From NCBI GenBank assembly GCA_964654285.1, contig CAZZJC010000001.1, positions 5,030 to 69,029 on the forward strand: a DNA stretch of 64,000 nt, written 5' to 3'. Below are positions 19,101 through 27,881 of the stretch, in pieces. Below the pieces are notes generated by a model. The model made no database searches. It had not been told where the DNA came from and saw nothing but the letters and a program-made list of their open reading frames with translations. Origin of the DNA: an uncultured Candidatus Kuenenia sp. (GTDB lineage: Bacteria; Planctomycetota; UBA11346). Within the stretch, counting starts at the first letter, position 1. Every line of letters starts with the position of its first letter. Position numbers and translations under genes: made by a program.

Positions 19101-19415
19101 GTCAAGGCGAAGGGTGACAAGCGCCTGCGCGACGACACCGCGATGTGGCTCGGGGACAGCGCCCGCGCCCTGCCGCTCGACTGGTACGGCCAGGTCATCG
19201 ATATCTGGTGCGAGGTCCTGCACGACCGCCAGAATCCCGACGCGGGCTTCGACAAGGCCAAATGGTTCTGGATCGCCTGGCGCGCCTGGCTGTCCGGCGG
19301 CCATGACCACGCCCTGCTCGTCGCCGACCGCGCCGCCAAGCAGTTCCCCGGCGACCCGGCCTTCGCCGAGGAGGCCAAGTTCATGAAGGCGCTGCCGCGA
19401 CCCAAGAAGCCTTGA
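16131..19415 (+). CDS. Large secreted protein (~1,095 aa), mostly alpha-helical, with a transglutaminase-like Cys-His-Asp core
   Basis: Signal peptide after ATG 16131 (MSQRPTLHRSGSSWSRLLLSALVASGLAWAG). Motif GQFRGDCDDLAELYQTIAERQGRTAHVISLPGHAAVAWADRKEDGRWHVYLL has the spacing of transglutaminase-like cysteine-protease folds (Cys at nt 17609-17611, His at 17688-17690). GC3-rich frame. The 1,134-aa ORF on the opposite strand is judged to be antisense artefact. Confidence 0.7.
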   Translation: MSQRPTLHRSGSSWSRLLLSALVASGLAWAGEVVVPSTPVGPTAPNPDAQAAESERLAKQLPQRSWLAVRADGKLYWQVDGELKSTAYPIKEIDNGGNPRLDTGIGALTVDRRLVAGDSSVQALALLPRLIEHAVAAGLKADELMLLEGLLTGPHLSSPTHRVLPEGCLVKSAAPARPAGEREALVAAAKKVAGALAGSDLDSLGRRTLEEVLDRLGQNDVAGAEADEFTPSFARRVMRHGWLRQVLPRSDADEQLEQAVITAERMLPVTQFLGKDGQGRELRLAEVRNVFGLGGWILQTPERVCYLRPVPRPVFYEALPETGLNLVLELAPGSDPVAVRPEPVAARLVSGNQVVASWRNGKPLEATLDAWRRVVPVRGRGIANDAVADIMPPHLALAALNGDMLALVMGKDVLRPPRDASDRESARFLADAARMLPDAPSLDLIGEYLFQYVYDSPDSRYPQLIGNKTVKGDIHQTAAQTIATSAGGQFRGDCDDLAELYQTIAERQGRTAHVISLPGHAAVAWADRKEDGRWHVYLLQTGPSLEFVAPTLPEALEKTYKRFEVTETFDPNSLGLLLRFSGENTRSAWRLSWRIFSDADYARTMIDVQRDWHFQTYARGISKMEAMIAKGDKDNANARELAGLATHTGQYDKSVRWTVEALANTPQPLSKFYLRLELLAHLFDASAQDPAKRTEAEALARELLDQQIPQLRKQLGPSLVQVGLQLTGTLAHHKSQALAVRALDQCLQSATYSLIPGRDPQTLPSLAEDLSRFATQVKDAEGQRAWREDPRLGRLRRILTMYAATATEVLAGAPRGAITADPVLQDAARLVQLWLNDLAFSDGEEPGEIMFRYALAARYYAAVLGEKDFAALLNAAHPPPAPAAGTAGAGPAPDHGKRIGGLAQLPLDLPWIRISLPYWFSRLAEQFAKDRATVDIDEVKRLGLACAEAWGATRARGLEHPRLQHEAHLAAVITSLFGRDADGLRKCLQFVKAKGDKRLRDDTAMWLGDSARALPLDWYGQVIDIWCEVLHDRQNPDAGFDKAKWFWIAWRAWLSGGHDHALLVADRAAKQFPGDPAFAEEAKFMKALPRPKKP

Positions 19416-19813
19416 AACCCAGGGGTTTGCTACGTTGGCTGGATGGCGAATGGCGAAGACGGTGTTCTGACAGGATGCGGAAGCATGGAGAGGCGACAAT
19501 CGACCAGCCAGCCGATGTGAAGGAGATTAATCCTTGGCAGGTCGTGGTTCGGTGGGGAAAGACGGGTTTCATTATCGGCAGCTGGCATTGATAGCGCTTG
19601 CTCCATGATCACGAGGTTCCTTGCAATCCTGATCCATTTATCCCATTGGCTCGAAGAGACGGTGAGTTCATGGATTTGGGGTGGATGCGTTGCCTGTCGA
19701 AGTGATGGATTCGGTGCATAAGGCCATGGCATACACAGAATGCTTCATTGTTTTCAGACAGGGGTGCCGGGTTGCAGGGGGATTGAGGTTGTTCACGCGA
19801 ACCGATGTGGTTC

Positions 19814-21694
19814 TCACTCTCGTGACCGCTTCGCATCCAATGCCGTTGCCGATTCACCGAGGCAGTACAACCACGAGGGAGAATTCAGGTAAAGCCGGCC
19901 GCCGTGCGCGGTCAGTCCGGAGGTGCGGATAGCGTAGTAAAACCCGATGCCCTGATAAGTGGAACTGTCCGTTCCGAGGGCACCCCAGCGGCGCAGCGCC
20001 GGCTCGGCGGCGAACCTGGGGAAATACTTGCCGCTGATGTCCGGCGTGTAGCCGCGAGCCTGGATGATGTTGGAACCAGCCGGCTTGGGCTTTGCCGGGT
20101 CAGCCAGGTCGTACAGATTCACCGTCAGGGCCAGCATCTCATTGCCATCCTGCTTCTTGTTTTCCGGAAACGAGGCCAGCATCAGGTATCTGCCGGCGAT
20201 GATCGCGCTCGTCGGGCGACCGAGATCCGCCAGGAGCTTGCCGGTCTGCGCATCGATGACTTTGCCCTGCGCCAGCACCTTGTCCGACAGGGCGAACGGA
20301 CCCTGGCCCGTCCTCATTTCCGTTGCGATCCACTTGCCGTATTCCAGTCGGCGTTGGGTGTTGAAGCGCGCCGGGATCATCATCACGGGAGGGTTGTTCT
20401 GGTCTGAGCCGAATCCCTTGTACAGATGGCCGTTGAGGATGCAGGCGAAGCCGGCTCCCCAATCATGGCGTCCATGTTCCTCGGCCGGCAAGGGTTCCAA
20501 GGACTGGCCCGTCTCGGCGTCCACAACATGTCCAAGACCGGTCACCACGATGGCGCGAAGACCCGGGCCATCCGGGAGCCTGCCGAGGATCGGCGGTTGA
20601 TGGAAGCCGTGCCAGGCGGGCGCACCCCAGGCCGAGCCCACGGCTCGCGGGTCAAAGGTTTCCCAGCGCAACGCGCCGGTCCGCACGTCATAGGCGCGAA
20701 TGCTGCGATGCCAATTCCGGGCACGTTGTTCGCCAGGACTGGGCACCAACAGCAGGTCTTTCCACAGCAGGGGCGATTGATTGTGATCGACCGTACCCGG
20801 TTTCATCAAAGGATCGCGGAAGGCCCAGAGCCGTTTGCCGCTGGCCAGGTCGTAGGCCGCGATCTGGCCGAAGCCCAGCACGACATAGACCCGTTCCCCG
20901 TCGCTGACCGGACTGGCCATCACGTCGCTGATGCCGCCTGGCCAGTTGTTGAACACGCTGACACCGGTGGTCTTCTCGGCGTACTGCTCGAACAGGGATG
21001 GACCTTTGCGCCGGTCATTGGTGGCCTTGTTGTATTCGGATTCATTGCCGGCCTTGTACTGGGACCAGAGTTTCAGGTCCTGCTCCAGGGCGGGGATCGC
21101 TTCAGGCCAGGTCTTGGCGAAATGGACCTGCCAGGCTTTGAGTTGTTCGGTGATGTATTCGCCGAGCGGCGCGCGCGGGCCGATCGGCTGCTCGCGATCC
21201 CGATAGGTCGTTCCGGCGGCGAATCGAACGCGATTGTGCGCCAGGCAGCGTTCGAACAGGTCTTGCAAGTGAGCCGCCTTATCTGGGTCCGGAGTCAACC
21301 CGATGCTTTTGCGGTCGGCAGACAACGGCGGCAGGGCCATCAGCTTCAGTTCATCCTGCCACAGCACCTTGCCCGTATCGGCATCATAGCACACGACATG
21401 ATGCGGCGAATAGACGCCGATGATCCGTTTGCCGACCACGATGGGCTGGGCGTCGGTCCAGCCGGGATGCGGCACTTTCCACCGGATGTTCCTGGTTGTG
21501 CCGTCGGCTTTATCCGACCATTCACTTGGTGGGGTCGCCCCTGGATACCAGTTGTTGCCCTGCCCGGAAAAACCGACCGGATCGGTGGGTGAGGGTTTCC
21601 AGTCGGCGTGGCCGAAAGGCGCTGGATCAGCAGCAGGCAGACCACCGGCGATCAAGGAGGTGATGAGGAGTACATGTTTCATGGAATGATCCAT
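19814..21694 (-). CDS. PQQ-like beta-propeller repeat protein (paralog 1), secreted
   Basis: Signal peptide MKHVLLITSLIAGGLPA (alternative start 21682). PQQ-like repeats (NIRWK, PIVVG, VVCYDADTGKVLWQDELKL). Downstream of a GH29 gene on the same strand. Confidence 0.75.
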   Translation of the reverse strand: MDHSMKHVLLITSLIAGGLPAADPAPFGHADWKPSPTDPVGFSGQGNNWYPGATPPSEWSDKADGTTRNIRWKVPHPGWTDAQPIVVGKRIIGVYSPHHVVCYDADTGKVLWQDELKLMALPPLSADRKSIGLTPDPDKAAHLQDLFERCLAHNRVRFAAGTTYRDREQPIGPRAPLGEYITEQLKAWQVHFAKTWPEAIPALEQDLKLWSQYKAGNESEYNKATNDRRKGPSLFEQYAEKTTGVSVFNNWPGGISDVMASPVSDGERVYVVLGFGQIAAYDLASGKRLWAFRDPLMKPGTVDHNQSPLLWKDLLLVPSPGEQRARNWHRSIRAYDVRTGALRWETFDPRAVGSAWGAPAWHGFHQPPILGRLPDGPGLRAIVVTGLGHVVDAETGQSLEPLPAEEHGRHDWGAGFACILNGHLYKGFGSDQNNPPVMMIPARFNTQRRLEYGKWIATEMRTGQGPFALSDKVLAQGKVIDAQTGKLLADLGRPTSAIIAGRYLMLASFPENKKQDGNEMLALTVNLYDLADPAKPKPAGSNIIQARGYTPDISGKYFPRFAAEPALRRWGALGTDSSTYQGIGFYYAIRTSGLTAHGGRLYLNSPSWLYCLGESATALDAKRSRE

Positions 21695-21792
21695 GGTGGT
21701 TTGATCAATTCCGGTAGAGGAAGGTGAATGATAATGTCAGAAATCGCAGGATGTCTCAAGGCCATTTGCTCGTTTTCTGGTTTGGCATCTTT

Positions 21793-22839
21793 TCATCGCC
21801 AGTGCCGGGCCAGTTCGTCCATGCGCTGGTAATACACCTCGGGCATGCCGCCATCGGCTTTCGGCCCCACATTCATGAGCAGATTGCCGCCCATGGCGCG
21901 CACGGCGTTATGCCGCTCCAGGAACCATGACAGGGGCTTGTAGCGTTCGTGGTTGGGGTCGTACGACCAGCCGCCGCAGGGCCAGATGTCGCACAGTTCC
22001 CACCAGCCAGACGGGCGACGGTGGGGAAGATGCAGTTCGGGCGTGTCGAAGTCGCCCACGCCATGCATGCGCGGGTTGATGACGATGTGGGGCTGGAGGG
22101 CGCGCAGCTCCGCGATCGTCATCACCGCAGGTCCGCCATCGAACCACAGCAGGTCGATCCGGCCGTACCTGGTCAGCAGTTCGGTGATCTGGCCGCGCAG
22201 GTAGGCATGGAAGGAGGCTTCGTGCCCCGGCGGTTTGGGCGGCAGGGATGCGATCTCCTCGTGATGCATACCGAAATGCTTGCGGCCGGGGGCGTTCGCC
22301 GGGTCCTCGCTGCCGAAGCGGAACGACATGTACTGTCGGTTGTAGTACCAGTCGGGCGGCGAGTAGTAGAGCCCGACCTTCAGGCCCTGGCGGCGGCAGG
22401 CCTCGACGTAGGACGCCACCAGGTCCACCCCCGGCAGGAATTGCCGCACGCCGAATACCCCGTGCTGGCTGGGCCATAGGGCGTAGCCATCGTGATGGCG
22501 CGTGGTCAGCACCGCGTAACGAAATCCCGCCGCCTTGGCGGCGGCGAGGATACGGTCGGGGTCCCACCGGGTCGGCCGGAAATCACGGGCCTGGGCGAAG
22601 TAGTCGGCCGGGGTGATCTGGGTGCCCACCCCGTCCATCCATGGCAGTTCGGCCATCATGCTCCACGAGAGGTCGCCCTTGCCGGAGACGGTGGAGATGC
22701 CCCAGTGCATGAACAGCCCCAGGCCGGCCGAACCGAACCATTGCGCCTCGGGATGGGAGGTGCGTTGGGCGTGCTCCGGCGATTGGGTCCGGATGCCGAC
22801 GGCGGCGTGTTGCGCTTCTGCCGTGCCAAGGTTGGTCAT
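21793..22839 (-). CDS. Alpha-L-fucosidase (GH29)
   Basis: FGLFMHWGISTV, YAVLTTRHHDGYALWPS, GLYYSPPDWYY, LLWFDGG. These are canonical GH29 blocks. Confidence 0.85.
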   Translation of the reverse strand: MTNLGTAEAQHAAVGIRTQSPEHAQRTSHPEAQWFGSAGLGLFMHWGISTVSGKGDLSWSMMAELPWMDGVGTQITPADYFAQARDFRPTRWDPDRILAAAKAAGFRYAVLTTRHHDGYALWPSQHGVFGVRQFLPGVDLVASYVEACRRQGLKVGLYYSPPDWYYNRQYMSFRFGSEDPANAPGRKHFGMHHEEIASLPPKPPGHEASFHAYLRGQITELLTRYGRIDLLWFDGGPAVMTIAELRALQPHIVINPRMHGVGDFDTPELHLPHRRPSGWWELCDIWPCGGWSYDPNHERYKPLSWFLERHNAVRAMGGNLLMNVGPKADGGMPEVYYQRMDELARHWR

Positions 22840-22926
22840 GACATGCAGGTTAACCTGGCGACCGGGCGGTTGCTATGCCCGGATTGCTCTCTCTTGTGTC
22901 CATTTCGCTCATTTTAGGATCCGGGC

Positions 22927-23739
22927 ATGGCGTCGGACAGGACCCTTTCCGGCCACGACCTGCACCTGCAGATGCTGTATTGCGGTCGGACCGTGCTGGA
23001 TCCGGGACAGGAGTGTCCGCTGCCGGCGTCATTCTGGCGCCTGTATTGCAATGATGCCCCTGGCATGGAACTGCTGCTGGATGGCCACGCGCTGGCGCTG
23101 CCGCCACTCGGCATGGCCCTGGTGCCGGCCGAATGCCCCGGCGTGTGGCGCTGCCACACGAGGCTTCGGCACTTCTATATCCATTTCCACCCACTGGGTC
23201 TTCCCGCCGGATGGCTGAACGCCCCGGTGCTGGTGCCGCCCGCGCCCGAGCGCAGTGCCCGGCTGGCGGGGCTGATTCCCAGCGATCTGCACGATCCGGT
23301 GTGGCGGCTGAAGGCCCAGGCCCTGCTGTTCTCGGTGTGGGCCGAAGTCCTGACCCAGGCGGCTCCGGGCCTGCGGGCCCGGTTCCTGGCTCCGGTCGAT
23401 CCCGCCGAGGCCCTGCGGGGGGTCATCGACCATGTGGAGGAGAATCCTGGGGAACCGCATACCATCAGCGGCCTTGCCAAGCGCTGCGGCTGCAGCGTGG
23501 CCCATTTCGCCCGGCGCCTGCGCGCCCACACCGGCCGATCCCCCAAGGACTGGCTGTGCGACCTGCGGCTGCGCCTGGCCCGTGACCGGTTGCTGAACAG
23601 CCACGACGCCATTGGCGCCATCGCCCACGATTGCGGTTTCGCCAACCGGCATCATTTCACGCGCTGGTTCAGCCGCCGGTACGGCCTGGGTCCGGCCGCC
23701 TATCGACAGGCCCTGGCCCGGACACCTCGCGGGGAGTAG
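22927..23739 (+). CDS. AraC-family transcriptional regulator
   Basis: C-terminal AraC HTH (ISGLAKRCGCSVAHFARRLRAHTGRSPKDWLCDLRLRLARDRLLNSHDAIGAIAHDCGFANRHHFTRWFSRRYGLGP). Divergent from the GH29/beta-propeller pair. Confidence 0.8.
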   Translation: MASDRTLSGHDLHLQMLYCGRTVLDPGQECPLPASFWRLYCNDAPGMELLLDGHALALPPLGMALVPAECPGVWRCHTRLRHFYIHFHPLGLPAGWLNAPVLVPPAPERSARLAGLIPSDLHDPVWRLKAQALLFSVWAEVLTQAAPGLRARFLAPVDPAEALRGVIDHVEENPGEPHTISGLAKRCGCSVAHFARRLRAHTGRSPKDWLCDLRLRLARDRLLNSHDAIGAIAHDCGFANRHHFTRWFSRRYGLGPAAYRQALARTPRGE

Positions 23740-23818
23740 TTCCGCACTGCCTCGGGTTCCCATTAATCATGTAGCGAACCAGGTTCGCGGGGCGGTCCGC
23801 CTCATTCCACCAGCAAGG

Positions 23819-26179
23819 CTATTTGGCCGGCGGTGCGGTCGCCGGTTTGGGCTGGATGGTGATGGTGCGCACCGATGGGCCTCCTGGGCCCTCGGCGGTG
23901 AAGGTGTAGGTGGCCGGCTGGTCCAGGCGCAGGGCGTGTTCGCCTTTCGGTGGCACATCGCCGATGCCCGGCTCGATGCGGACCTTGGTGGCATTGACGG
24001 TCGACCAGGTCAGCTTGATCTCCTTGCCGGCCACCGGGCCGCCGTTCCAGGGCAGGGGATGCACGATGATGGCGGTGAAACCGACCTCGCCCGCGCGGCG
24101 ATAGCAGGCGGTGAGCAGATCCTGCGTCTGCTTGGGGCCGTTGAGGGGGTACTGGCGCTGGTCGACCTTGGCTTCGAGGGGCGCCAGCAGCGCGCGCGGG
24201 ATCGGGCCGAGATCGTAGAGCAGGGCGCTGAGGATCGGGGCCGAGTGGTCATGCAGGTTGGAGTCGACCATGTACTTGATCATCGCCTCGCGCTGCGTCC
24301 GGGCGGTGTCGGGATCGATCGCCGCCAGCGCGCTGAACGCGGCCCAGGGTTCCCGGCTCTTGGCCGCCTGGGCGAGGATCCTCGGCACGACCGGCTTGGC
24401 GGCGGGCCCGAGCGCCGCCAGGCGCGCCCAGGCGCCGTCGGCGTTCTTCTCGGCCTGGGCGATGAGCGCGTCGGCGTCGCCGGCGGGCGCAGGCGCTCCG
24501 GCCTTGCCGGCGATGCAATAGAGATGATCGAGCGAGCGGATGAACAGGCGGTCGCCGGCCACGGCGAACGGGCTGGCAAAGCTGAAGCACCACTCCCGGT
24601 TGGCGGGTTTCGGCCAGGAGAACCATTGGCTGAGCCGTCGGGTCTGGGCAGCCTTGTCGAGATCGGCGAACGGGGTCACCCGCAACTGATTGCTGGCCAC
24701 GAAGCGGCCATCGAGGGTATGCACCTTCATGAGGCCATTGGTGCCCAGGCCGTACACGTGGCCGCCCGCGATCGCCATGTGGTGCTCGGTGATCGGCACG
24801 GCGCCGCCGAACAGGCCGGTGACGACATTGCCGGTCTCGGCATCGAGGATGACGCCCTTGGCGCCCCCGAAGTAGAGCTTGCCGCCATGGTACAGCAGGC
24901 TGGAACAGCCGCCGGCAGCGTTGTCGTTGACCTTGTGCCACAGGACGCTGCCCGTGAGCGTGCTGCCCTCGAGCGCGAAGCGGATCGCGGCGGGCGGTTC
25001 GATCTCGGCCTTGCCTTTGCCCTCCCAGCCGCCGTGCTCGCCGCCGCCGGTCATGAACAGGGTGTCGGGCCGGTCGCTGTTGACGGCGATCATCATGCCG
25101 TTGTTCTTCCAGCCGACGATGGTCAACGGCCTGCCCTCGGGCAGCGTGTAGGCCGCAGGACCGGCGCACCAGAGCACGTCCTGGCTGCCCACGCGCAGCA
25201 CCACCGGCGAGACGAATTCGTGCACCCCGCCTGGGCGCTTGTGTTCCCACTTCAATGCGCCCGTAGCCCGGTCGAACGCGCGCACCATCCGGCCCAGGTC
25301 GCTGATGAGCAGGTTGCCGTGGATGATCGGTGAACGGGCCACGGCGCAGTAGTCATGCGGCCGCTCCGGCGAGAGCGCGTGCATCCAGCGCAGATTGCCG
25401 TCGAGGTCGTAGCTGGCATACACGCCCCAGGCGGTGGCGACGTACAGCGCCTGCCCGTCGGTGACCGGCGTGCCGAACACCTCGCCGAGCCACATCATGT
25501 CGTGGCTGCCCATGCGACGCCAGGTGTCCAGCTCGACCAGGGCCTTGCCTACTTCGGGGAACTTCTTGGCGAATTTCGGCATCCCGTAGTCGGAGAGCTT
25601 GCCGTCGTCGAACTTGCCATAGAGGTAGTTGGCGCCCCAGGTGAGCACGCCCATCGCGTCCATCCGGCGCTTCACCTCGGGATTGTCCTTGTCGGCGGAA
25701 TAATCGTGGAACAGCAGGTAGTAGTCGCGGATCCAGGCGAGGTGCTTGCGCCAATGCTCGCGGATCTGCTGGCGCGCGGCTTCGTCCTTGACCGTGAGGT
25801 GCAGGTGGTCGATCTGCTTCTCCCAGAGCAGCTTGCCGCTCTGGGTCGCATAGCAGGAGATCACCGGCAGATCATGCTGCCAGCCCGGCTCGCTCAGCAC
25901 GAACACCCGATCGGCGGTCACCGCCGGCGCGGCGCTGCCGAGGTTGGGCACCGCCACCTTCCAGAGCACGTTGGTCTCCTCGTTCCAGTACACCGGCGGC
26001 TGCGCATTGCGGTAGACGCCGCTGCGATCCCCGAAATAGCCGGAGATCTGGCCTCCGGCGCCGCCAGGCGGCGGCTCGGCCGACCACGCGACGGCAAGAC
26101 CGCAGGCGAAGGCCTGACCCATCAGGGCCAGCCTGCACACTCGGGTCATCGACGGGGCTCTGGTGATGGGGCGCTTCAT
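23819..26179 (-). CDS. PQQ-like beta-propeller repeat protein (paralog 2, divergent, ~790 aa), secreted
   Basis: Signal-like N-terminus MKRPITRAPSMTRVCRLALMGQAFACGLAVAWSA (starts at 26179 or 26149). Repeated propeller blades (VLWKVAV, KLLWEKQ, GNLRWMH, GALKWEH ...). Convergent with the AraC gene at 22927. Confidence 0.7.
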   Translation of the reverse strand: MKRPITRAPSMTRVCRLALMGQAFACGLAVAWSAEPPPGGAGGQISGYFGDRSGVYRNAQPPVYWNEETNVLWKVAVPNLGSAAPAVTADRVFVLSEPGWQHDLPVISCYATQSGKLLWEKQIDHLHLTVKDEAARQQIREHWRKHLAWIRDYYLLFHDYSADKDNPEVKRRMDAMGVLTWGANYLYGKFDDGKLSDYGMPKFAKKFPEVGKALVELDTWRRMGSHDMMWLGEVFGTPVTDGQALYVATAWGVYASYDLDGNLRWMHALSPERPHDYCAVARSPIIHGNLLISDLGRMVRAFDRATGALKWEHKRPGGVHEFVSPVVLRVGSQDVLWCAGPAAYTLPEGRPLTIVGWKNNGMMIAVNSDRPDTLFMTGGGEHGGWEGKGKAEIEPPAAIRFALEGSTLTGSVLWHKVNDNAAGGCSSLLYHGGKLYFGGAKGVILDAETGNVVTGLFGGAVPITEHHMAIAGGHVYGLGTNGLMKVHTLDGRFVASNQLRVTPFADLDKAAQTRRLSQWFSWPKPANREWCFSFASPFAVAGDRLFIRSLDHLYCIAGKAGAPAPAGDADALIAQAEKNADGAWARLAALGPAAKPVVPRILAQAAKSREPWAAFSALAAIDPDTARTQREAMIKYMVDSNLHDHSAPILSALLYDLGPIPRALLAPLEAKVDQRQYPLNGPKQTQDLLTACYRRAGEVGFTAIIVHPLPWNGGPVAGKEIKLTWSTVNATKVRIEPGIGDVPPKGEHALRLDQPATYTFTAEGPGGPSVRTITIQPKPATAPPAK

Positions 26180-26408
26180 GATTCCTCTGTGGTGGGTGGT
26201 CGAGGCTCGCGGCTCAGGGGCAGGTGGCCGCACCGGCAGCCTGCTGGGGGATCGGGGTCGCATGACCCAGGCGCGGTTTATACCCCAGGGCCGGTTCCGA
26301 CGTTGCCGCCAACCCGAGGCTGTCCTCGGCCGCCGCGGTCGATCCCCGCGCAGCAGGCCGGCCGCAGAGCGGCTCAGCCGGGCCGAGGTGCAAGGCCCCC
26401 CCCGGTCA

Positions 26409-26954
26409 TCACGCCCACAGCGCGATGCCCATGCGCCGCAGGCAGCCGAGCCAGGCGCGGCGTTCGTCGGCGCGGCAGGTCTTGAGCAGGCAGCGCACCT
26501 TCTCCTCGTCGGTGAGCGGGCGCGGTTTGTTGCGCAGGGCCATGCCGGCCTCGTCAGGAGTGCGGTCGGCCTTGCGCAGGTTGCAGGCCTTGCAGGCGGC
26601 GACCACGTTGGTCATGGTGTTCGCGCCGCCGCGCGACAGCGGCAGGACGTGGTCGCGGGTGCCGGAGCCCATGCTGATGCGGGTGCCGCAGTACTGGCAT
26701 TCGAAGCCGTCGCGGATGAACACCGCCTTCTTGGTGGGAAGCTGGAAGAGCCGACCGCGGCGCTTGACGTTGACGCGGTAGCGCATCACCACCACCGCCG
26801 GCAGGTTGAAGGAGAGGTGCTGGCTGCGCACGACCTGGGGGTAATGCTCGATCGGGTCGGCCTTCTCCTGAAGGACGAGCATCAGCGAGTCGAACCAGTC
26901 CTCCTCGATGTTGAGGTACTGGTAGTCGGCGTTGAGGACCATGCAGCGTGACAT
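26409..26954 (-). CDS. HNH endonuclease (McrA-like), stand-alone
   Basis: HNH core: DGFECQYCGTRISMGSGTRDHVLPLSRGGANTMTNVVAACKACNLRK. Confidence 0.75.
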   Translation of the reverse strand: MSRCMVLNADYQYLNIEEDWFDSLMLVLQEKADPIEHYPQVVRSQHLSFNLPAVVVMRYRVNVKRRGRLFQLPTKKAVFIRDGFECQYCGTRISMGSGTRDHVLPLSRGGANTMTNVVAACKACNLRKADRTPDEAGMALRNKPRPLTDEEKVRCLLKTCRADERRAWLGCLRRMGIALWA

Positions 26955-27101
26955 AGGCCCCTTCCCGGGATGGCGCGGACGCTAGCAAGCCCGGACGCGA
27001 CGGGAATGGCGGGGTGGACGCCCGCTCGCCAGGGCGGCGGCCTGTCCAGGCGCGGGCCGGTCGTGCGATTGCGGCAACCGGCGATGCGGTAGCTTCCCGG
27101 C

Positions 27102-27749
27102 GTGGACAAGCCCGCCCCCTGCCTGGTTCCTGCGGCCCCGGCCGCAGTCGCGGCGGCGCTCCAGCGCAGCTGGCCGGATGCGCGCTGCGGACTCTACGCC
27201 CGCGATGACTGGGAACTCCTGGTCGCCGCCATCCTTTCCGCACGCGCCACCGACGTGCAGGTCAACAAGGTGATGGCGGTGCTGATGGAGCACGTCGTCT
27301 CGGTCGCCGGCCTGGCTGCGCTCGACCATCGCGACCTGACCCGCGTGCTGCGTCGCCTGCCGCTCTATCCGCAGAAGGCGCGCGCCCTGGTCGAGGCGGC
27401 GCGGGCGCTGCTCGTCCACCATGGCGGCAAGGTGCCGCGCACCCGCGCCGATCTGGAGCGCCTGCCAGGAGTCGGACGCAAGGTCGCGGCGGTGGTGCTC
27501 GGCAACGGTTTCGGCATCCCGGCCGTCGCCGCCGATGTCCACGTCACGCGCATCGCCTTCCGCCTGGGCTGGACGGCGCAGGAGCTGCCGCGCGCCGCCG
27601 AGGCGGCCGTCGAGACCCGTTTTCCCGCCCAGGACTGGGTGCGCCGCTGCCACCAGATGATCCGGCTCGGGCGCGAGCACTGCCGCCGGCAGGCACCGCG
27701 CTGCGACCGTTGCCCCCTGGCTGCCGACTGCCCCCGCCAGGGGGTCTGA
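27102..27749 (+). CDS. nth: Endonuclease III (DNA glycosylase/AP lyase, [4Fe-4S])
   Basis: HhH-GPD blocks (LLVAAILSARATDVQVNK...LPGVGRKVAAVVLGNGFG...ADVHVTRIAFRLG) and C-terminal Cys cluster CRRQAPRCDRCPLAADC. Confidence 0.85.
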   Translation: MDKPAPCLVPAAPAAVAAALQRSWPDARCGLYARDDWELLVAAILSARATDVQVNKVMAVLMEHVVSVAGLAALDHRDLTRVLRRLPLYPQKARALVEAARALLVHHGGKVPRTRADLERLPGVGRKVAAVVLGNGFGIPAVAADVHVTRIAFRLGWTAQELPRAAEAAVETRFPAQDWVRRCHQMIRLGREHCRRQAPRCDRCPLAADCPRQGV

Positions 27750-27881
27750 CCCCCGCGGGCCTCGGAACCGCCGCCTGGGTCTTGACCCCGACCCTGGAAC
27801 GCTATGGTTCGCGCCCCCCGGCATCGCGTGGATTCCCACGCTTCCGGGCCAGCAGCGCTCAGCACGAGGACAGCAATCCAC

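Noticed and set aside
16095-19499. 1,134-aa ORF on the minus strand
   Set aside because: Antisense to the secreted TGase-like protein gene, which has a signal peptide, a sensible motif and GC3-biased codons. The minus-strand product is low-complexity Gly/Ala/Arg-rich.
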